Origin: a virus
Virus record (IMG/VR): IMGVR_UViG_3300028840_004314
Coordinates: 1-64,000 of that record
DNA length: 64,000 nucleotides
Reading direction: 5' to 3' (one strand)
Of the stretch, positions 54,914 to 63,783 are shown one piece after another. A program made the translations under genes and the position numbers. The notes under the pieces were generated by a model. That model was given only the letters and a program-made list of their open reading frames with translations. It ran no database searches and was not told where the DNA came from. Position 1 is the first letter of the stretch. The number at the start of each line of letters is the position of its first letter.

Positions 54914-55688
54914 CGTCAAGGGAAAAACAATCGTTCTTACTGGAGCTTCCGGGTATCTGGCTGTAGAGCTCAGTTTACATCTGTATCACCTTGGTGCCCA
55001 GGTGATAGGTTTGGACAAGGACAAGTCAACCTCTGGTCAATACTACAAATTCTTTCAAGTGGATTTCAATAGTCCGGAGTTTCCGAAGGTGTTGGAACGT
55101 ATCACAAAGGAGGAGGAACATCTGGACGTTCTGATCAATATGGCTTGGGATTTGTCGTACAACACTGGGTTTAACATCCCAGGGGCCGAGAAATATACCT
55201 ACGAGCATTGGTACAGGAACTTCATGTGTATGTACTGGGCTGTTTTGACCACGACATACATAGGAGAGATGATGAAACAGGAGGGTGATGGAAGTATCAT
55301 CAACATTGGTACAATGTACGCCAAGACGTGTCCGGATCCAAACATGTACATAGGTACTAGATTTCGGAATCCACCCGCCTACTCTGCCATGAAGGCGGCT
55401 TTGGCCATGTACACAAAGAGGTGTGCCGTTGATCTTGGTGTATATGGTGTCCGATGTAATGTTGTACATCCTGGAGCCTTTCCCAAGGTAAAATCCAAGG
55501 CGAATGGGAACGCTGTTGATTTAGATCATGATCAGGATTTTCTCAACAGACTAGAACGTAAGTCCCCACTGAATATAACTGGACATCCGGCGGATTTGGT
55601 GGGGTTGATTGTTTTCTTGTGTAGTGATTGTTCCAGTTATCTAACTGGGCAGGAGATTTCCGTGGACGGAGGTTGGGACATATGGTAG
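54873..55688 (+). CDS. Short-chain dehydrogenase/reductase (PtmA-like)
   Basis: TGASGYL, YSAMK, VRCN..PG, YLTGQ.I.VDGG. Confidence 0.88.
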   Translation: MSPPKETILEKLYNVKGKTIVLTGASGYLAVELSLHLYHLGAQVIGLDKDKSTSGQYYKFFQVDFNSPEFPKVLERITKEEEHLDVLINMAWDLSYNTGFNIPGAEKYTYEHWYRNFMCMYWAVLTTTYIGEMMKQEGDGSIINIGTMYAKTCPDPNMYIGTRFRNPPAYSAMKAALAMYTKRCAVDLGVYGVRCNVVHPGAFPKVKSKANGNAVDLDHDQDFLNRLERKSPLNITGHPADLVGLIVFLCSDCSSYLTGQEISVDGGWDIW

Positions 55689-55770
55689 GGTGGGTGTATG
55701 GGGCCCAGGAGGCCCGGATGGCCCTGTCCTGGTCCGAGGAGGGATCCTCCAGGTTAAGGAGGTGTTTACC

Positions 55771-56589
55771 ATGTTTGACGACGTGAGACCACTTCATGGT
55801 TTGTGTAATGTTAACGTAGAATTGACGTCCAGATGCAACAAAAACTGTTGGATGTGTGGACGTCGGGAACGTGAACGTTTGCACGGGCCCCAAGAAGAAG
55901 GAGACATGACTCAGGAGACCGTTTACAAGATCGCAAATGAACTTCCTCCGGGCCTGTTGGTACAACTACACAACAATGGAGAACCGCTGGTGTATCCACA
56001 TTTTGGGCACGCCGCGGCCTGTTTCAATGTGAGACACTTTACAAACATTGTTACAAACGGGAAGTTGTTGTTTCGAAAACACGATGAAATCATAGGAAAA
56101 CTGGATACTTTATCCGTGTCTGTATTTGAGAATGATCCGGAGGCGGACGCACAATACGCCATTTTGGAGGGGTTTCTTGACAAGAAGGGGGATCAGCGGC
56201 CGTTTGTTACAGCCAGATTGATAGGTAACATCCCTCCAGAACAGGAGAAATGGTATACTGATTTGGGTTTGGAGATTGTACGACGTACTCTTCACGACCC
56301 AAGAGGTAGTGTAAACTACCGCAAGGAACCCACCAAACCAGAGGCAGGTTTTTGTTGGGACATGTTTACGCGGTTGGCGATCAATTACAAGGGGGATGTT
56401 TCGTGTTGTGTACGTTATGATCCCGAGGGGGATCTCGTTCTGGGTAATATAAACGAAACATCCCTTTATGATATGTGGTACGGAGAAAAACGACAGTACA
56501 TGTTAGCCAAGCACATCCAGGGGCGACGATGTGATTTGGATTATTGTGGGAAGAAATGTCACTATTGGGGAGTGCCTACCGGTGTATAG
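55771..56589 (+). CDS. Radical SAM/SPASM-domain protein
   Basis: CNKNCWMC, GEPL, TNG, C...GDV..C...LGNI; TAAGGAGG RBS. Confidence 0.9.
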   Translation: MFDDVRPLHGLCNVNVELTSRCNKNCWMCGRRERERLHGPQEEGDMTQETVYKIANELPPGLLVQLHNNGEPLVYPHFGHAAACFNVRHFTNIVTNGKLLFRKHDEIIGKLDTLSVSVFENDPEADAQYAILEGFLDKKGDQRPFVTARLIGNIPPEQEKWYTDLGLEIVRRTLHDPRGSVNYRKEPTKPEAGFCWDMFTRLAINYKGDVSCCVRYDPEGDLVLGNINETSLYDMWYGEKRQYMLAKHIQGRRCDLDYCGKKCHYWGVPTGV

Positions 56590-56607
56590 GGAGGGTAGGA
56601 GAATACT

Positions 56608-57429
56608 ATGAGCTGTAAGATTGTTGCTGACATTGGAATCAATCACAATGGTGATGTGGATTTGGCGAAACAGATGATATGTATGGCCAAACAGGCCGGA
56701 TGTGATTACGTCAAATTCCAAAAGAGGACCGTGGGTCTGGTGTACACTCAGGAAGAGTTAGACAAACCGAGGGAGTCCCCCTGGGGAACAACGAATCGAC
56801 ACCAAAAGGAGGGTTTGGAATTCACGGAGGCGGAGTATGTGGACATTGATGCCTTCTGTAACAGTATACAGATACCATGGTTCGCTTCTCCTTGGGATCG
56901 TGTGTCTGTTGAATTCCTAACACAGTTCGAGCCTCCGTACATCAAGGTGGCTTCCGCGATGTTAACAAACATTGAAGTGTTGGAGAAGATTCGGGAAACT
57001 GGAATTCCAGTGATCCTTTCCACTGGAATGTCACTACAACATGAATTGGATCAGGCTCTGGAATATCTAGGAGGTCAGGTGGAGTACATTCTGGCTTGTA
57101 CCTCCACCTATCCTACTGCCACGCATGAGATGAATCTCCGGTTCATTACCACCCTGAAGAAGCAGTATCCACACTGGAAGATTGGTTTTTCCAATCATCA
57201 TCCTGGTGTATTTCACATGGCCTCCACGGTGGTTCTTGGGGCCGAGATGATTGAATTTCATATTACTCCTGGACGGTCCTTTTATGGATCTGATCAGGCC
57301 GCCAGTATTGAGGCTGAAGGCGTTCGTAAGTTGGTGAAGTATGTACGGGATACAGAAATTGCCATGGGACACGGTGATTGGACTGTATTCCCGAATGAAA
57401 TTCCGATTCGTGACAAATTACGAAAATGA
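56608..57429 (+). CDS. neuB: N-acetylneuraminate synthase family protein (no C-terminal SAF domain)
   Basis: ADIGINHNGD, VKFQKR, KVAS, STGM, STYP, GFSNH, IEFHIT, GSDQ.AS. Confidence 0.93.
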   Translation: MSCKIVADIGINHNGDVDLAKQMICMAKQAGCDYVKFQKRTVGLVYTQEELDKPRESPWGTTNRHQKEGLEFTEAEYVDIDAFCNSIQIPWFASPWDRVSVEFLTQFEPPYIKVASAMLTNIEVLEKIRETGIPVILSTGMSLQHELDQALEYLGGQVEYILACTSTYPTATHEMNLRFITTLKKQYPHWKIGFSNHHPGVFHMASTVVLGAEMIEFHITPGRSFYGSDQAASIEAEGVRKLVKYVRDTEIAMGHGDWTVFPNEIPIRDKLRK

Positions 57430-57442
57430 GGAGGAGTTTAGG

Positions 57443-58039
57443 ATGTTACTGATCAACGTAGGTGGTGCGAAGGGATTCAAAAACTTTTCTGACAAGGTTA
57501 GGGATAACTGGAAGGTAATGGATGTAGATCCGAAAAAAGCGGACTACCTCTATGACGTAAACAGCACGGAGCCTATCCCATTGAATTCTGACAGTGTGGA
57601 TGGATACTACTGTTCCATGATACTGGAACATGTGGACCCAGGAATTTTACCGGGTTTATTGAAGGAATTCTATCGTACCCTAAAGCCCAATGGAAGGATT
57701 CGGGTGGTAGTTCCTGACTTTCGGTTGGCTTGTTTCCATTACTTGAACGATCCACGTTGGTTGTGGCGAAAGGATCTTCCGACTGGTGACAAAACCTTCC
57801 CGGAAACGGCCCTAGGGAAGTTAATGCCTTGGTTCTATTCCAGGGATGGAGTAGTAAAGGGTGCCATGCGCCATGGTCACAAAATGTGTTTTGACGCGGA
57901 AACCCTGAAGCAGTTTTTTATGGGGGCAGGTTTTCGGGGTATTGTGCAAAGGGACTATAATACAAAGGATTCCATGTTTGATGGAAAGGATTTCAAGAGA
58001 TACGCGGAGTGGTCCATTTACTTGGAGGCACAAAAATAG
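57443..58039 (+). CDS. Class I SAM methyltransferase (type 11-like)
   Basis: INVGG, LEH, E.YR.LKP.G.IR.VVPD. Confidence 0.85.
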   Translation: MLLINVGGAKGFKNFSDKVRDNWKVMDVDPKKADYLYDVNSTEPIPLNSDSVDGYYCSMILEHVDPGILPGLLKEFYRTLKPNGRIRVVVPDFRLACFHYLNDPRWLWRKDLPTGDKTFPETALGKLMPWFYSRDGVVKGAMRHGHKMCFDAETLKQFFMGAGFRGIVQRDYNTKDSMFDGKDFKRYAEWSIYLEAQK

Positions 58040-58098
58040 GTTCTTGATCTGGTCTACATGATATATGTAGGTGAAAGTATGGGTTTAGGAGTGTACTT

Positions 58099-58476
58099 GT
58101 GGATAGAAGAAACTTCTTAAAAAGGTTAGGCGGTACCATTGGGGCTGCTTTAATAGGCGTTAACCTTTTGGAAAAGGAAACTCCTTGGTCCTCCCCTAGT
58201 TCACTTCGTATCGTAACATTGGATTCTTTAGGTTCCAGTGTTTCTACTTGTGACGTGTGTCCTCTCAAAGCCAAAAACAAATGTATGTGTCTTTGTAGAC
58301 TGGGACGTAAACAAAACCCCGAAAACATTGAAAAGTACGAAAGATGGGTAGTCACACAATACGATTCTACCACTAAAGTAGCCACTGTGTCGGAGACCTT
58401 TCCAAAACATATTGGAAATGGTGTATACGAATTCAACGTACAAACCCTAGAGGAACAAAATGCCAAAAAATCTTGA
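58099..58476 (+). CDS. Protein with a twin-arginine-like N-terminus and a Cys cluster
   Basis: MDRRNFLK followed by a hydrophobic stretch; CDVC...CMCLC. Confidence 0.6.
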   Translation: MDRRNFLKRLGGTIGAALIGVNLLEKETPWSSPSSLRIVTLDSLGSSVSTCDVCPLKAKNKCMCLCRLGRKQNPENIEKYERWVVTQYDSTTKVATVSETFPKHIGNGVYEFNVQTLEEQNAKKS

Positions 58477-59023
58477 AGTTAACGATCGTCACAAAATCAT
58501 CGCCTCCCGTTTAGAGGAGTTAGTTCCACCCAAGTCTTCCAGACGACAACGGAAACTGGTGATCGATGTGGGATGCTACAAAGGCCGGCTGGGTTATCTT
58601 CTTCGAAAGATGAAGTACAAAACCATCGGATTCGACATTAGCGTGAAGTGTGTTGATGAATGTCGGAGATTGGGACTTAATACCTTCATCAAAGACATCA
58701 CAAAACAACCATTGAAGGCCTGGCCCAAGGCGGATGCTGTTGTATGCTCCGAATTGTTAGAGCATCTTACAGAGCAAGGATTTCATGTGGCGGTCCGCAA
58801 CTTGGATTCCATGCTGGATTCGGGTGGAGTACTAATCATCACTGTGCCCGAGAAAGAGGAAGCCATCGAGAAACATTCCTTCCACAAAAGGTATGTAACC
58901 TCCAAAATGATCAAGGAAGCCTTCCCAGAGTATGATTTATTGGAGGAATCCTTGGTTTACAAAAACGAGGGAGCCAGACTCCGTAACAGTGCCAACCTTA
59001 TGCTGGTATTCAAGAAACAGTAG
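58460..59023 (+). CDS. Class I SAM methyltransferase
   Basis: IDVGC..G, GFDIS, ELLEHL, GG.LIITVP. Confidence 0.85.
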   Translation: MPKNLEVNDRHKIIASRLEELVPPKSSRRQRKLVIDVGCYKGRLGYLLRKMKYKTIGFDISVKCVDECRRLGLNTFIKDITKQPLKAWPKADAVVCSELLEHLTEQGFHVAVRNLDSMLDSGGVLIITVPEKEEAIEKHSFHKRYVTSKMIKEAFPEYDLLEESLVYKNEGARLRNSANLMLVFKKQ

Positions 59024-59031
59024 GAAGTTAC

Positions 59032-59730
59032 ATGCCATTCTTTAATTACGACGATCTGATCAAGCTACAACTCCGCCGTTTGAAAAAGAAACACATCAAC
59101 ATGGTGGAGATAGGGGCCTTTGATGGTGTGTACCTTCAACAGTACGTGGATTGGTACAGAGGAATCACAATACATGCCATAGAGCCCTGTAAACGGAATT
59201 ACTCCGCCTTGGAAAGGAGATATAGGAAATGTCGCCAGGTACATCCAGTTAACTGTGCCATATCCTCCAAGGAAGGTAAACGGGACTTGTTTATAGTGGA
59301 TCATCCTAAGTATGAAGGGACCAAGTCCTCCCAATCCAATAGTTTGTACAAGAGTTTCGCCCAGAGTAAGAAGTCATCCAAAACACGAGTAGAACAAGTG
59401 GAGACACTTACACTGAAACACTTTTGTGCCCGTTACAAGATCGAATTACTGGACCTGTTGAAATGCAACTGTGAGGGTGGGGAGTACGACATTTTTACCG
59501 ACACACAGGCCACAGTGGATATCCTGTCACGTACTAACATAATTGACATCGTGATCCATGGGAAAAGTCCTTTGTTTATCGAGGAAAAGTACCGTCGCAA
59601 AAAAAGGGAAATCAACGCCTTGTTAAAGGATCTAGGATTTGTTATCCTGGTGGGGCCAGATCTACAAACAATAAAGAAGCTACCATACTACCACATTCGA
59701 CAAGTGTGGACTAGGGATAAATTGAAATGA
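59032..59730 (+). CDS. FkbM-family methyltransferase
   Basis: EIGAFDG, AIEP, DLLKCNCEGGE. Confidence 0.85.
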   Translation: MPFFNYDDLIKLQLRRLKKKHINMVEIGAFDGVYLQQYVDWYRGITIHAIEPCKRNYSALERRYRKCRQVHPVNCAISSKEGKRDLFIVDHPKYEGTKSSQSNSLYKSFAQSKKSSKTRVEQVETLTLKHFCARYKIELLDLLKCNCEGGEYDIFTDTQATVDILSRTNIIDIVIHGKSPLFIEEKYRRKKREINALLKDLGFVILVGPDLQTIKKLPYYHIRQVWTRDKLK

Positions 59731-60320
59731 ATTACATCGTTTGTGGTTACTATACTCTCAACACGGATTACGAGGATATGGCCAAGGATCTGATAAAGAC
59801 CTTGGAGACATGGAACCTGGATTACGATATCAGAGCCATCCAGAACCGTGGTAGCTGGTATACCAACATGCAATACAAACCTACTTTCATTCGTCAAATC
59901 ATGGAGGAGTATCCTGACAAGAATGTAGTGTATTTGGATTGTGATGCTGAGGTGATTCAGGATCCCAAACTGTTTCACTATTTAACATGTGATATCGCTG
60001 TACACGTATTGGATCATTCCAAATACGCCAGGAAGAATCACAAACCTGAGATGTTGAGTGGTACCATCTTTTTTAGAAACACAGAAGGAAACAGAACATT
60101 AGTGGATGAATGGATTCGTATTTGTCGGCAGAATGACAGGATGTGGGATCAGGTGGCTTTGGTGAAAGCCATTGGAACCAAACCGTTCCACAATCTTCCT
60201 GAAGAGTACTGTGTTATTTTCGACTACATGCGTACAGTGGAAAGTCCTGTGATAGTTCATTACCAGGCTTCTAGGAAGTTCCGTAGACAGAATGGACGTG
60301 TAACGACAAGAAAGGTATAA
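59727..60320 (+). CDS. Nucleotide-diphospho-sugar transferase (GT-A)
   Basis: KP.FI, YLDCDA, SGTIFF, WDQ.AL, HYQAS. Confidence 0.8.
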   Translation: MNYIVCGYYTLNTDYEDMAKDLIKTLETWNLDYDIRAIQNRGSWYTNMQYKPTFIRQIMEEYPDKNVVYLDCDAEVIQDPKLFHYLTCDIAVHVLDHSKYARKNHKPEMLSGTIFFRNTEGNRTLVDEWIRICRQNDRMWDQVALVKAIGTKPFHNLPEEYCVIFDYMRTVESPVIVHYQASRKFRRQNGRVTTRKV

Positions 60321-60324
60321 AGAA

Positions 60325-60699
60325 ATGAAAGAAGATCCGTGTAAAGAGGAAAAGTTGAGGAGATATGGACATCCAAAGTTCTATGAGTTGTTGGACGGTA
60401 TGGCAAAACTGCATAGTGAGAAGAATCATGACTATGCGGGAACAGATGATCCTCTCAAGAATTTGAGGTCCTCCACCCGCCTGGGTTTGGAACCATTCAT
60501 GGGCGTGTTGGTTCGTCTTCAAGACAAGTGGAGTCGTTTGGAATCCTACGCCAAACAGGGAAATCTCCTTGTAAAGGGAGAGGGTGTAGAGGATACGCTT
60601 ATGGATAACGCCGTGTATTCCTTGTTGGCTATCATATTGTTACAGGAGGCCGGCGAGAAACAACAAGCCCAGGAGTCTGATCAATCCGAGGACAAATAA
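60325..60699 (+). CDS. DUF1599/Nmad1-like nucleotide-modification-associated protein
   Basis: KNHDYA, DP..N, G...R..DK.SR, EDTL.D.AVY. Confidence 0.8.
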   Translation: MKEDPCKEEKLRRYGHPKFYELLDGMAKLHSEKNHDYAGTDDPLKNLRSSTRLGLEPFMGVLVRLQDKWSRLESYAKQGNLLVKGEGVEDTLMDNAVYSLLAIILLQEAGEKQQAQESDQSEDK

Positions 60700-60700
60700 C

Positions 60701-61156
60701 ATGAAATTCTATCTCGCACATCCAACGGCCGCAAAAAAGGTGATTCGTCAATGGCAACTGAGGGTGGAAAAGGAAACCTCCCTTCGGTTTTTGAATCCTT
60801 TGTTTGATATCGAAGAGGGGATGGGGGATTTTCATGGAAACCTGTTCAAGAGTAAGGAGTTGGTGGAGGCCGATTTGGCCGCCATCTGCAAAGCGGATGG
60901 TATTGTTTCCTTTGTGCTGGATAGAAAGCACTGTTCCACTAACTGGTTCTCCAGAATATGGTGGACGATATTCAATCGTCCAGTGTATTCCTATGGAACT
61001 CCGATGGAGATTTATCAGGGGATGTTGAAAGAACACCACTACATAATTTGTTTGAACAACCAGCATCTTCATCCGTGGATCATGACCATGGGAAAGAAAG
61101 TATTTCGATCTACAAAGGAGTTTGAACGATTTATCGTTACGGAGTTGGGCCAGTAA
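60701..61156 (+). CDS. Nucleoside deoxyribosyltransferase-like protein
   Basis: FYLAHP, NP, DL..I..ADG, S.GT.ME, HPW. Confidence 0.7.
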   Translation: MKFYLAHPTAAKKVIRQWQLRVEKETSLRFLNPLFDIEEGMGDFHGNLFKSKELVEADLAAICKADGIVSFVLDRKHCSTNWFSRIWWTIFNRPVYSYGTPMEIYQGMLKEHHYIICLNNQHLHPWIMTMGKKVFRSTKEFERFIVTELGQ

Positions 61157-61180
61157 ACGAGGTTACACCTAGGAATAGCT

Positions 61181-62560
61181 ATGCCACAACTAAATCCAAA
61201 AATCGAACAAAAGGTCCTGAAGTACATTCAGAAAAATCTGACCGCCTCCGGAAAACTTCCGAAGCCCATCATACAGGTGGCGAATCAGTTTGGTGTACAC
61301 AGACAAACCCTCTCTAAAATGATCAAACAGGTGAAGGACGGAAAGGCCCCTGGTGTTGTTACTCAAGAGGAGAAACTTCCAGTTACGGAATGTGAAAAGA
61401 ATTACAAGGAGGATACTGGTAGTGTCACTACCAGATCTCTTCACATTCGAACAGCCGAGGAGGCCTTGAGATACGCCGAGGTGGATACCGATGTATGGGA
61501 GATCGACAGATACATTGTCAACTCCTGGGAAGTAACCACCAAGCTCCAGAAGTACAAACAAACGTCCAGTGGAGATACTGTGCGGTTGGATGACGAAGTG
61601 GGAACCTACACCAACTACCAGGTGAAGGTGTGGCTTCGAAGAAAACAAAAGGAAGTCCGAGCCATGGAGGTCCTACTCACGGACTTATCCAAACAAGGGA
61701 AGAAAACACTTACTCCCTATCAGTTCAAGATTCCCAAAAAACCGAGGAGACAATTGGAGATCTCCGTGGTCGATCCTCATCTTGGTTTGAGATGTCACAA
61801 AGGAGGATCCGACCACAACTGGAGTATGGATGAATGTGAACAAACCGTGAAGGATATGGTTGAACATGTTCTGGCCGACGTGAAGCCATTCGGTCCGTTT
61901 GAAAAGATCATCTTTCCCTTCGGAAACGACTTCCTGCACGTGGACAATGTATGGGGTTGTACTACACAAGGTACGAACCAAAGTGAGGCGGAGGCCTGGC
62001 AACACATTTACATCAGGGCGGAGAAGTTGGTGTTATGGATTACTGAACGACTGCGGAAGGAGGCCCCACTAAAGATCATTACTGTTCCTGGAAATCACGA
62101 TCGACAAAGTGCCTTCACAATGGGACGATTGTTACAGGCGTACTACCATCAGTTTTGTCAGGTGGAAGTACTGTGTGACGCCAGCCCATACAAGTTCCAC
62201 AAGTATGGTGTTAACTTGATTGGGTTCGAGCACGGACACAGTATCAAGAACACTGTACGATTGGCGGCCTTGATGGCAAACGAGTGTAGAGACATTTGGG
62301 CCAGCACATGTTACCGTGAATGGCATCTAGGAGATCAACACAGGAAAGGATCCTCCAAACCGTCCATGATGGAAGAACAAGGAGTGAGTATCGAGTTCCT
62401 CCCTGGACTTACTCCACCCAATGAATGGCATCGCTTGAAATCCTTCAATTGGCAGAAGCGGGCTGGGCTGGGTTTTGTGTGGGATTACGACGCCGGACTC
62501 AAGGCCCGGGTCAATGTCAATATGGATTCCTACAGCGGTACAATAATGAGGCCAAAATAG
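61181..62560 (+). CDS. Calcineurin-like metallophosphoesterase with an N-terminal HTH
   Basis: DPHLG, GNDFLH.D, GNHD, HGH, H.GD.H. Confidence 0.85.
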   Translation: MPQLNPKIEQKVLKYIQKNLTASGKLPKPIIQVANQFGVHRQTLSKMIKQVKDGKAPGVVTQEEKLPVTECEKNYKEDTGSVTTRSLHIRTAEEALRYAEVDTDVWEIDRYIVNSWEVTTKLQKYKQTSSGDTVRLDDEVGTYTNYQVKVWLRRKQKEVRAMEVLLTDLSKQGKKTLTPYQFKIPKKPRRQLEISVVDPHLGLRCHKGGSDHNWSMDECEQTVKDMVEHVLADVKPFGPFEKIIFPFGNDFLHVDNVWGCTTQGTNQSEAEAWQHIYIRAEKLVLWITERLRKEAPLKIITVPGNHDRQSAFTMGRLLQAYYHQFCQVEVLCDASPYKFHKYGVNLIGFEHGHSIKNTVRLAALMANECRDIWASTCYREWHLGDQHRKGSSKPSMMEEQGVSIEFLPGLTPPNEWHRLKSFNWQKRAGLGFVWDYDAGLKARVNVNMDSYSGTIMRPK

Positions 62561-62563
62561 GAT

Positions 62564-62740
62564 TCCTGGGCCCCTCCTGGGCCCCTCCTAGGGCTTAGGG
62601 CATATGGGGCAACCCCTAGGGCCCTCCTAGGGCGTATGGGCCTCCTGGGCCCCTCCTGGGCCCCTCCTAGGGTCGGGAAAGGGCTGATACCTAAGGGCTT
62701 AGGGGCAAGTAAAAAACCTCCCCTAGGGGCGGCCTGGGAT
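62564..62740. repeat. GC-rich 11-bp-period repeat tract at the convergence of transcription
   Basis: Exact 30-nt direct repeat TCCTGGGCCCCTCCTGGGCCCCTCCTAGGG at 62564-62593 and 62643-62672; several CCTAGG and GGGCCC palindromes. Confidence 0.85.
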
Positions 62741-62772
62741 CGGAAAATAGCACTCATCCCTCTACCTGGGTT

Positions 62773-62808
62773 GGGGACGTCGATTTGGGCGTCCCCTTCC
62801 TTTCCCTT
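62773..62808 (+). terminator. Putative terminator between convergent transcription units
   Basis: GGGGACGTC/GGCGTCCCC stem followed by a pyrimidine run. Confidence 0.55.
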
Positions 62809-63083
62809 TAAATGAATTGACGCCGACGACGTCGACGACTACCTGGGGCGGGCGATACAGTGGTATCCTGAGGAGTGGTGGAAGGAATGGTGGCTGTTGT
62901 AGTAGTACTAGGCAAGGAGGCTATGGAGGCATTCACCTGGGCACAGAATCCATCACATTCCTCCGGTTTGGTACTCTGTCTCTGTTCCACCCAAAACATA
63001 CATCCTGTGACGAGACAGGTTCGTTCCAAAAATGGACACATCTTTTTCTTGGCGACCGCCACGGACATTGATATACGTAACAT
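62808..63083 (-). CDS. Small Cys-containing hypothetical protein
   Basis: AGGAGA RBS; CPF...C....CMFW; poly-Arg C-terminus. Confidence 0.65.
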   Translation of the reverse strand: MLRISMSVAVAKKKMCPFLERTCLVTGCMFWVEQRQSTKPEECDGFCAQVNASIASLPSTTTTATIPSTTPQDTTVSPAPGSRRRRRRQFI

Positions 63084-63094
63084 GTTTTCTCCTG

Positions 63095-63274
63095 TTAGTT
63101 TGTTTCTAAAATGGAGAATCCTTTGTTGTTGAAGTCTTCTTCCACGGCCTCCTGTATCAGTTCCTGACGTTCCTCTTCAGTTTCACATTCGGCCAGATCA
63201 TCGTCGTTAATGGTAGTGTATTGTGGACGGGCCTTTCCGGCGTATCCATCATTGAATTGCCATCTCACCAACAT
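63095..63274 (-). CDS. 59-aa acidic hypothetical protein (absent from the ORF track)
   Basis: AAAAGGAGA RBS; MLVRWQFNDGYAGK...ETN; fills the gap between neighbours. Confidence 0.65.
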   Translation of the reverse strand: MLVRWQFNDGYAGKARPQYTTINDDDLAECETEEERQELIQEAVEEDFNNKGFSILETN

Positions 63275-63289
63275 GTTAGAATCTCCTTT

Positions 63290-63571
63290 TTAACACATAT
63301 CAAAACACAAGGTTCCTAGAATAACGACATCGTTGTAAGGCCAGGGTTCCTGGCAGGCATACATCGTGAACCACCTTTCCATAGGTGTAATGGAATCCAG
63401 GTATTCCCTACACCTTTGTTTGGCAGCCACAGGATCCTGATCCCAACCCTTGGCAAGTTCCAGATACTGGTCATACTGTCTCTGGGATATCAGGTCTATG
63501 TGAACTTCATCATGACTCTCTGGCCACATTAGAAGGTAACCTTCTCTTGTTTTGGTAGGTTCTGGCATCAT
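63290..63571 (-). CDS. Hypothetical protein
   Basis: GAGGAG RBS; ATGA coupling. Confidence 0.65.
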   Translation of the reverse strand: MMPEPTKTREGYLLMWPESHDEVHIDLISQRQYDQYLELAKGWDQDPVAAKQRCREYLDSITPMERWFTMYACQEPWPYNDVVILGTLCFDMC

Positions 63572-63783
63572 AACTCCTCTGTATCCTCTTCCTGTTCATT
63601 AAGTAGGGCTATCTTGAGTTCAATGGAGAGGGCCATACTTCCAGCAAGTTGTACGGCAGGACTCAGTTGGAACTCCCATTCGTTTGTGTACACAGTACGA
63701 TGGGCTTCCCCTACTTTGCAATCATCAATGAAAACATGGTATATTTCACCGGGCTGTTTTTTGAATTGTATTGGACTCGACAT
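63568..63783 (-). CDS. Hypothetical protein
   Basis: GAGGAG RBS; TGATG coupling. Confidence 0.6.
   Translation of the reverse strand: MSSPIQFKKQPGEIYHVFIDDCKVGEAHRTVYTNEWEFQLSPAVQLAGSMALSIELKIALLNEQEEDTEEL

Noticed and set aside
58040-58098. Sigma70 promoter (TTGATC...TATATG)
   Set aside because: Spacing of about 12 nt is wrong; no T4-type TATAAATA late promoter was seen in the intergenic gaps inspected either
296-62757. Numerous minus-strand and alternate-frame ORFs in the track (e.g. 9267..9992, 11326..12015, 13385..14134)
   Set aside because: They are shadows of codon-biased + strand genes, with no RBS or recognisable motifs
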